From Trichlorobacter lovleyi SZ (lineage in GTDB: Bacteria > Desulfobacterota > Desulfuromonadia > Geobacterales > Pseudopelobacteraceae), in NCBI RefSeq assembly GCF_000020385.1, contig NC_010814.1, forward strand, positions 570,001 through 602,000: a stretch of 32,000 nt of DNA, written 5' to 3'. Of this stretch, positions 25,924-32,000 are shown one piece after another. Each line of letters opens with the position of its first letter. Within the stretch, counting starts at the first letter, position 1. Below the pieces are notes generated by a model. That model had not been told where the DNA came from. It made no database searches and saw nothing but the letters and a program-made list of their open reading frames with translations. The position numbers and the translations under genes are program-made.

Positions 25924-28374
25924 ATGCCGGAATTGCCGAGCCCTCGCCATAGAACCACTTCCGGAGAACCGGGGCAGGAACCGGCCAGACTCCGCCTGGC
26001 CCTGACGCTGGCCGGTGTCTGTCTGGAACGCCCGGAAACCATCGCTACCTCGCTCCCGTTTTCAGTGGGGGATGTGACTGCCGGGGCTGAAAGCGAGCTG
26101 CAGGCGGTGGTGGCCGGAGACAGGCGGCAGGTTGATCTGCCGTTGATCATTGAGCAGTCCAACTACTTTGCCAATATGATGAAACGGGCCGCATCGGGCG
26201 AGACCTCCCGGCGGGCAGTGGCTGATCTGGAACGGTTTCTGGCGGACAACAGCAGCAATGTCTGGGAAAACAGTTGGGTCCGCTTTCCGCTCAAGCGACT
26301 TTCGGCCTATGCCCGTCAAGTGCTGGAACGTGATCTGCTGGCAGACAAGAACAACCCGGCAACAGGGCAGCGGGCCGATGCGGCACGCTTCTTCTTCCAT
26401 GCTGCAGATGGCACGGTCATGCTGCGCCTGCCGATCAGTTACCTGATCAAGCTGGCCCTGGCCGACCTGGTCGGCTCGCAGCAGATCCTGCCGGACCTGA
26501 TCCGGCAGACCGGTATCCGCCTGCTGGGGCATTACCTGAACGACAACACCTCGCCTGAAACATTCTCTTTCAATGTAGTCTCTCTGACCCCCCGGAACGG
26601 CATGGGGGCGGCCATTGCCCGGGAGACCGCCATCCGTTTTCTGATGACCCAGCTGTTGATTCTGTACGCCAATCAGGCCTTTGGTATCACCGAGCACGGC
26701 CAGCAGGCCATGGCCTACTTTGCCCCCCATCCGCCGGTACGTCAAAAAGAGCTGAACGACCATATCCCGGACAGCTTCTACCGTGAGCTGTTCATGAGCC
26801 CCTGTCTTTCCGGCTGGGACAAGGGGGAAGACAAGTTCCGCTACATGCAGCTCTGCCACCAGGTCCTGTCCCGCAGCCAGCTCAACGCCGTGGCCAAGCT
26901 GAAGGATGCCGGGATTATCCTGAACAATCTGGTGGTGCTGCCCAATGTTTCCAATGTCAGTCTGGCCAACAACGGCACCCATATCAGCATCGGCAGCCGC
27001 AGGCTGACTGCCGCCCTGCAGGACAGCGGATCAGGCTTCAAGGCAGCCCACGAAAAGCTGCTGGGTGATCTGACCATCAAGATCAGTGAACATTTTCTGC
27101 CGCTGTTCGTCGGTTCCTACACCGCTGCACCGTTCCGGCTGGCCTACAGTGATTTTCACCCTGAAAAGGCGCTGGGGTTCCTGCCCCATGAGCTGGATTA
27201 CACCCATCTGCGGATGCTCTGGCGACGCTGGCGCAAGAAGGCGGATATCTCCATTTTCGGACAGTCGGTCACGCCGTTCGGACCCCCGGCCCTGGATTCC
27301 TTTATCAGCCGCGCCTTTGGCCTGAAAGGCGATTTTGTACCGGATTACCGTCTGGTGGATTACCTGGTCTGCCTGCTTTCAACCGATCGCAGCCCGGCCC
27401 TGAACGGCCAGCCCGGCAACACCGACCTGCTGCGGCGTGACCTGGCTGATATGGGGGTCTTTGATGAGCAGATGTCGGTCTACCTGCTCTACAAACAGCG
27501 TGAATATGCCAAAATGGGGTTTTCAGGGTTTGAAGGGCGTCACTACAGCCTGTTCCAGACCTTTCAAGGGGACATGGGCCGGGCGGCCGACCTGCAGACC
27601 CTGATCACGGCCCTGGCCTACAAGTATATGGCAGAAGGGGTAGATCACCGGAGCATACCGGATGATCCGTCTTTGGAGAGTGAACGGCGGCAGATCTTCT
27701 TTGCCACTGCCATTGGTCTGCCCACCTTCTTTGTTCGCAAGGATACGGCCAACAGCTTCCTGCACCGGATCATCACCAGAACCCAGGGAGTGCGCCCCAG
27801 TAAACGGTATCCCGGTTACCTGCGGGTCCAGATCCATGAATACCGGCTGGCACTGCTGCGTGTCCTGCGGGAGGATGCGCCCGACCTGATCGAACAGATG
27901 GGGCTGCATGATACGATTGCCGACCTTGCACAGCGGATCAGGGAACCGGAACAGTATGCAGCCGGCGGACGTCTGACCGGCGGCATCCTGGCCCATCTGG
28001 GCAGCAGCTCCGCCTTGAAAACCGAGGCCCGTGATTTTAACACCGGTGCAGAAGAGTACTATCGTATTACCCTGCGCCGACAACAGACTGCTGAGGCCTT
28101 TGACCTGTTGCAGAGTGAATGCTGCACACTTGATCAACAGGCTGCAGAGCTGGATGAACCGCTGCGTAAGGCGTTGCTGCTGATTCTGCAGGGACAGAGC
28201 GCTGATCAGTTTCTGGCTGCGGTCAGGCAGGATATCCTGCAGGAGCAGGCCGATATCCCGACCCTGCAGCGTCTGATGAACCTGCTGCTGGTAAAGGTGC
28301 ATCATGATCAGCAACAGACCATGACCGGAAGGAGTGAACCGGATGCTGCAGCACCAGTATATCGAGCGGGATAG
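25924..28374 (+). CDS. Large conserved-looking hypothetical protein (about 816 aa), soluble, no recognisable domain
   Basis: The long ORF has GC and codon character like its neighbours. The track start at 25843 is a TTG. I prefer the ATG at 25924, which has GAGG 5 nt upstream; an ATG at 25894 is an alternative. The gene's 3' end is overlapped by the next gene. No TM segments and no motif I can assign with confidence. Confidence 0.8.
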   Translation: MPELPSPRHRTTSGEPGQEPARLRLALTLAGVCLERPETIATSLPFSVGDVTAGAESELQAVVAGDRRQVDLPLIIEQSNYFANMMKRAASGETSRRAVADLERFLADNSSNVWENSWVRFPLKRLSAYARQVLERDLLADKNNPATGQRADAARFFFHAADGTVMLRLPISYLIKLALADLVGSQQILPDLIRQTGIRLLGHYLNDNTSPETFSFNVVSLTPRNGMGAAIARETAIRFLMTQLLILYANQAFGITEHGQQAMAYFAPHPPVRQKELNDHIPDSFYRELFMSPCLSGWDKGEDKFRYMQLCHQVLSRSQLNAVAKLKDAGIILNNLVVLPNVSNVSLANNGTHISIGSRRLTAALQDSGSGFKAAHEKLLGDLTIKISEHFLPLFVGSYTAAPFRLAYSDFHPEKALGFLPHELDYTHLRMLWRRWRKKADISIFGQSVTPFGPPALDSFISRAFGLKGDFVPDYRLVDYLVCLLSTDRSPALNGQPGNTDLLRRDLADMGVFDEQMSVYLLYKQREYAKMGFSGFEGRHYSLFQTFQGDMGRAADLQTLITALAYKYMAEGVDHRSIPDDPSLESERRQIFFATAIGLPTFFVRKDTANSFLHRIITRTQGVRPSKRYPGYLRVQIHEYRLALLRVLREDAPDLIEQMGLHDTIADLAQRIREPEQYAAGGRLTGGILAHLGSSSALKTEARDFNTGAEEYYRITLRRQQTAEAFDLLQSECCTLDQQAAELDEPLRKALLLILQGQSADQFLAAVRQDILQEQADIPTLQRLMNLLLVKVHHDQQQTMTGRSEPDAAAPVYRAG

Positions 28375-29332
28375 CGGTGCAGTCGTAACCGAACAGCTGC
28401 TGGGTGACCGGATGGTGCAGCTGCTCTACCATCAGGTCAGGGAAAACAGCAGCGGACTGTTTCGACTCTTGACCAGCAGCTGGTCATCACAGCTGCTGGG
28501 GGCGGTCAATTTTGATCGTCCCCTGCTGAACCGGCAGGGCTTTGCAGCCCGCTGCGGCATTGATCTGGAAGAATGCCTTGATCCACCGCACACGCTGGAT
28601 ACGGCCCGCAAGGTCTTTGAACGCAGGATCAGGTATGAACAGTGCCGCCCGCTGCCGGATGAGCCGGCTGCAGTGGTCTCGCCGGCCGATGCCCGGGTGA
28701 TCGTCGGTTCGCTGCAGGAGACGGACCTGTTCTTTCTGAAAGACAAGTTTTTCAGCTTTGAAGAGCTGATCGGGCCTGAACGCAGCTTCTGGCGTCATCG
28801 TTTTGCAAACGGTGATTTTGCCCTGTTTCGCCTGACCCCTGACAAGTATCACTACAACCATACCCCGGTGGCGGGCAAGGTGGTTGACTTCTACAGCATT
28901 GACGGTGCCTACCACTGCTGCAACCCTGCCGCCGTGGTCAGTATGGTCACCCCCTATTCCAAGAACAAGCGGGTGGTGACCCTGATCGATACCGATGTTG
29001 CAGGGGGCAGCCGGGTCGGGCTGGTGGCGATGGTGGAGGTGGTGGCCCTGATGATCGGCGATATCGTGCAGGCCTACAGCGACCAGGGCTACGATGACCC
29101 CCGTCAGGTCAGGGTCGGCATGTTTCTGAAAAAAGGACAGCCCAAGAGCCTCTACCGCCCCGGCAGCAGCACCGATATCCTGTTTTTTCAGCCCGGCAGG
29201 GTCCGCTTTGCCGCAGACCTGCTGGAGAATCAGCTGCGTAGCGGGGTAGTCAGCCGCTTTACGCAGGGGTTTGAAAAACCGCTGGTGGAGACCGACATCA
29301 AAGTGCGGTCGTTGCTGGCACTGAATAACTGA
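28343..29332 (+). CDS. Phosphatidylserine decarboxylase family (pyruvoyl-dependent) protein
   Basis: The PSD core is FRLTPDKYHYNHTPVAGKV, and the self-cleavage-type motif is YRPGSSTDILFF (G-S-S/T). I chose the ATG at 28343, with GGAAGGAG at 28327-28334. The track start at 28334 is a GTG. The gene overlaps its upstream neighbour by 32 nt. Confidence 0.85.
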   Translation: MLQHQYIERDSGAVVTEQLLGDRMVQLLYHQVRENSSGLFRLLTSSWSSQLLGAVNFDRPLLNRQGFAARCGIDLEECLDPPHTLDTARKVFERRIRYEQCRPLPDEPAAVVSPADARVIVGSLQETDLFFLKDKFFSFEELIGPERSFWRHRFANGDFALFRLTPDKYHYNHTPVAGKVVDFYSIDGAYHCCNPAAVVSMVTPYSKNKRVVTLIDTDVAGGSRVGLVAMVEVVALMIGDIVQAYSDQGYDDPRQVRVGMFLKKGQPKSLYRPGSSTDILFFQPGRVRFAADLLENQLRSGVVSRFTQGFEKPLVETDIKVRSLLALNN

Positions 29333-29341
29333 CAGGGTGAC

Positions 29342-31801
29342 ATGATCATGAAGACCTATAAAGCAGACCTGCATGTTCATTCCAGCTATTCCAACAAGCC
29401 TACCTACTGGGCCATGCGTAAATTCAACTGTCCGGAGAGCTACACCTCGCCCCGGCAGCTCTATCAGACTGCCCTGGCGCGGGGGATGCACTATGTCACC
29501 ATCACCGACCACAACGCCATCGGGGGAGCGCTGGAGATCGCCCATCTGCCCAATACCTTCATCAGCGCCGAGATTACCACCCATTTTCCGGAGAACGGCT
29601 GCAAGGCCCATCTGGTGGTGCTGCATATCTCCGAGGCCCAGTATGCTGAGATCATGGTGCTGCGTAAAAATGTCTACGAGCTGGTCGCTTACCTCAATCA
29701 GGAACGGATCGCCCACTTTCTGGCCCATCCGCTCTATGCCCAGAACGACAAGCTGACCATCGAGATTATCGAAAAGAGTTTGCTGCTCTTCACTACCTTT
29801 GAGGTGCAGAACGGCTGCCGGGCCCGCCGCTTTAACGATGTTACCGCCCGGCTGGCCGGTGCGTTGACTCCGGCCATTGTTGAACGTCTGGCGGAACAGC
29901 ACCGGATCACTCCGACAGGACCCACCCCCTGGCAGAAGGGGATGGTGGGCGGCTCCGATGACCACGGCGGCCTGTTCATTGCCCGGGCCCACACCTGCAG
30001 CCACCGGGGCGAGGATCTTGACGCCTTTCTTGACGCTGTCAGGCAGGGTAGTACCTGGGCGGAAGGGGAGCATGGCGGGCCGTTGACCATGGCCCACAGC
30101 CTCTATGGTGTGGCCCACAGCTTCTACCGCGAACGCTTCGGTGAGCGCAGGCGGAGCGCCACTCCATTTGTCAGCGCCCTGCTGGACCGTTTTTTCAATC
30201 TGGGCACGGACAAAGGCTCCTTTGTGGAAAAGATCAGGCTGTTCGTACTGAAAAACCTGCCGGAAAAACGTTCGAGCAGAGAACTTGGCTTTGAGGAGCT
30301 GCTGGACAGCGAGGCCCGGCAACTGCTTAATGATGCCCCCTTTCTGGAAGGGCTGAAAGGGGCCGACCTGAACCGGAAGATCTTCATGGTCACCAGCCGG
30401 TTGGCAAACCGGATTCTGTATCAGTACACCAACCGCTTCATGTCACTTTCGATGCAGGCAGGTTTTTTCGATTATCTCAACACGGCAGGCACCATCGGCC
30501 TGGTGCATCTGCTGATCTCTCCCTACTACCTGGCCTTTCACCACCAGCATAAAGGCAAGGAACTGATTCGCGAGATAGCGGAGCGGCTGCCGGAGATCCC
30601 GTTTTCGCCTGCAGAGGAGAAGATCGCCCTGTTTACCGACACCCTGGATGAGATCAACGGCGTGGCCATGACGATCCGGCGTCTGATCAGGACCGCCCAG
30701 GAACGGGGCATCAGCCTGACCGTGATCACCTCTGGCGATGACAGTCAGGCCGCACCCGCAGGGGTGAAACAGTTCCAGGCGGTGGGCGACTTTGTGCTGC
30801 CGGAATATCCTGAACTGAAACTGAGTTTTCCGCCTATTCTGGATGTGCTGAACTACATCGAGAAGGAAGGGATTACCCGCATCCATATCAGCACCCCCGG
30901 CACGGTCGGTCTGCTGGGGCTGCTGATAGCCCGGCTGATGAACATTCCGGTGGCCGGTACCTACCACACCGACATCCCGCAGTATGTCCGCAGCCTTACC
31001 AATGATGAATTTCTGGAGCAGGCGGCCTGGAGCTATATGATCTGGTTCTACAACCAGATGGAAGAGGTGCTGGTTCCTTCCAGCGGTACGCGGGAACAGT
31101 TGCTCTCCCACGGTCTGCCGCCGGAGAAGATGAAGCCGCTGCCGCGCTGGGTCGATACGGAACAGTTTTCGCCTGACAAACGGGTTGAGCGTTTCTGGCT
31201 TGAGCGTGGCCTCAGCGGCAGGATCACCCTGCTCTATGTGGGGCGGGTCTCACGGGAAAAGGGGCTGGATCTGCTGGTTGAGAGCTTTTGCAGGCTGATT
31301 GATGAAGGTGCGGAGCTCTGTCTGTCAGTGGTTGGCGACGGCCCCTACCGCGGGGAGATGGAGCAGGCCCTTGCCGGGTATCCGGTGTTGTTTACCGGCT
31401 ACCTGCAGGGTGAAGAGCTGCAGCAGGCCTATGCCTCGGCAGACCTGTTTGTTTTCCCCAGCGCCACCGATACCTTCGGCAACGTGGTGCTGGAGGCCCA
31501 GGCATCAGGGCTGCCGGTGATCGTATCTGATGCCGGGGGGCCCTGTGAATTGATGATTGGCGGCGAGACCGGCATGGTGTTCAGCGCCGGTAGCCAGGAT
31601 GAACTGACCGGCGCGATCCGCAGTATGACCGCCAATCGCCTGATGCTTTCCCTGATGGGAGAGAGCGCCCGGAGCTTTGCGCTGGCAAAGGCGCCACACG
31701 CATCAGATACCTACAGTACCATCCTGCAGCCCGGCCCCAGGCCGGATGCCGGTTATTCCACGTTTGGGGAGAGCCCATGTCTGCAGTCCTGTTCCTGCTG
31801 A
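29342..31801 (+). CDS. Fusion protein: N-terminal PHP-family phosphoesterase + C-terminal GT4 (group 1) glycosyltransferase
   Basis: The PHP metal-ligand motifs are DLHVHSSYS, ITDHN, AHLVVLH, LAHPL and GGSDDHGG. The GT4 part has KIALFTDTLDEINGVA, EKGLDLLVE and an EX7E-type FPSATDTFGNVVLEAQASGLPVIVSDAGGPCE. The gene starts 9 nt after the PSD-like stop. Confidence 0.9.
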   Translation: MIMKTYKADLHVHSSYSNKPTYWAMRKFNCPESYTSPRQLYQTALARGMHYVTITDHNAIGGALEIAHLPNTFISAEITTHFPENGCKAHLVVLHISEAQYAEIMVLRKNVYELVAYLNQERIAHFLAHPLYAQNDKLTIEIIEKSLLLFTTFEVQNGCRARRFNDVTARLAGALTPAIVERLAEQHRITPTGPTPWQKGMVGGSDDHGGLFIARAHTCSHRGEDLDAFLDAVRQGSTWAEGEHGGPLTMAHSLYGVAHSFYRERFGERRRSATPFVSALLDRFFNLGTDKGSFVEKIRLFVLKNLPEKRSSRELGFEELLDSEARQLLNDAPFLEGLKGADLNRKIFMVTSRLANRILYQYTNRFMSLSMQAGFFDYLNTAGTIGLVHLLISPYYLAFHHQHKGKELIREIAERLPEIPFSPAEEKIALFTDTLDEINGVAMTIRRLIRTAQERGISLTVITSGDDSQAAPAGVKQFQAVGDFVLPEYPELKLSFPPILDVLNYIEKEGITRIHISTPGTVGLLGLLIARLMNIPVAGTYHTDIPQYVRSLTNDEFLEQAAWSYMIWFYNQMEEVLVPSSGTREQLLSHGLPPEKMKPLPRWVDTEQFSPDKRVERFWLERGLSGRITLLYVGRVSREKGLDLLVESFCRLIDEGAELCLSVVGDGPYRGEMEQALAGYPVLFTGYLQGEELQQAYASADLFVFPSATDTFGNVVLEAQASGLPVIVSDAGGPCELMIGGETGMVFSAGSQDELTGAIRSMTANRLMLSLMGESARSFALAKAPHASDTYSTILQPGPRPDAGYSTFGESPCLQSCSC

Positions 31802-32000
31802 TCGCAACATTCCTGCTTGCTGCCTACCTCTGGTGGGGCTTCCGCTTTTTACCGGCTGAACGCTGGCAGATCTTTGCAACCGTGCCGGGGCGTAAAAACG
31901 GGCCGGGAAGCTGGCAGGGAATCAACTTTACCTGGTACGGTCTTTTGACCGCCAACGCCTATCTGGTGGCGGTTGCCGTGCTGCTGGTGCTGCTGGGGTC
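31777..32000 (+). CDS. Integral membrane protein, probably Lgt (prolipoprotein diacylglyceryl transferase) family; 5' partial, continues past the window
   Basis: My own translation from the ATG at 31777 (GGGGAGAG upstream) is MSAVLFLLIATFLLAAYLWWGFRFLPAERWQIFATVPGRKNGPGSWQGINFTWYGLLTANAYLVAVAVLLVLLG, with no stop before the window end. INFTWYGLL resembles the Lgt N-terminal HWYGLMY motif. The gene overlaps its upstream neighbour by 25 nt. Confidence 0.55.
   Translation, partial: MSAVLFLLIATFLLAAYLWWGFRFLPAERWQIFATVPGRKNGPGSWQGINFTWYGLLTANAYLVAVAVLLVLLG

Noticed and set aside
28487-30322. 611-aa ORF antisense to the PSD-like and PHP::GT4 genes
   Set aside because: Its composition is Gly/Ala/Pro/Arg/Val-rich and low in complexity, with no motifs. 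It lies entirely opposite two genes that carry strong family signatures. This is the typical antisense open frame of GC-rich DNA.

Overview
This 32 kb window looks like chromosomal DNA from a roughly 58-60% GC bacterium. The abundance of PAS/GGDEF/histidine-kinase genes together with hcp suggests a Geobacter/Desulfuromonadales-type deltaproteobacterium, but that taxonomic call is inference only. All calls were made by eye from motifs in the supplied translations, with no database search. I saw no rRNA, tRNA, CRISPR array, transposase or integrase. The window has four parts. (1) 1-5.5 kb is housekeeping: a LysM/TPR secreted protein, a membrane pseudo-receiver protein, gltX, and hcp with an FNR/CRP-type class II promoter. 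(2) 5.5-18.9 kb is a large plus-strand phosphate-homeostasis supercluster. It runs Pho-box array, PhoU-like DUF47 + PiT, phoB, phoR, sixA, CHAD, ppx/gppA, a 65-aa microprotein, RMD1/DUF155, a PAS histidine kinase, an alkaline phosphatase::phytase-like fusion lipoprotein, and an orphan arsC. (3) 18.9-25.6 kb is a minus-strand signalling operon. It encodes an HTH-PAS-PAS protein with a degenerate GGDEF A-site but an intact I-site, a Cache-GAF-GGEEF cyclase, an SBP-PAS hybrid kinase, and a Cys-rich 68-aa protein. (4) 25.9-32.0 kb is transcribed divergently from (3) and is a tightly coupled four-gene operon. It contains an orphan protein of about 816 aa with no family I can recognise, a PSD-type pyruvoyl decarboxylase, a PHP-phosphoesterase::GT4-glycosyltransferase fusion, and an Lgt-like membrane protein cut by the window end. 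Part (4) is my best candidate for an undescribed lipid or glycoconjugate biosynthesis system, possibly under c-di-GMP control from the divergent regulator.
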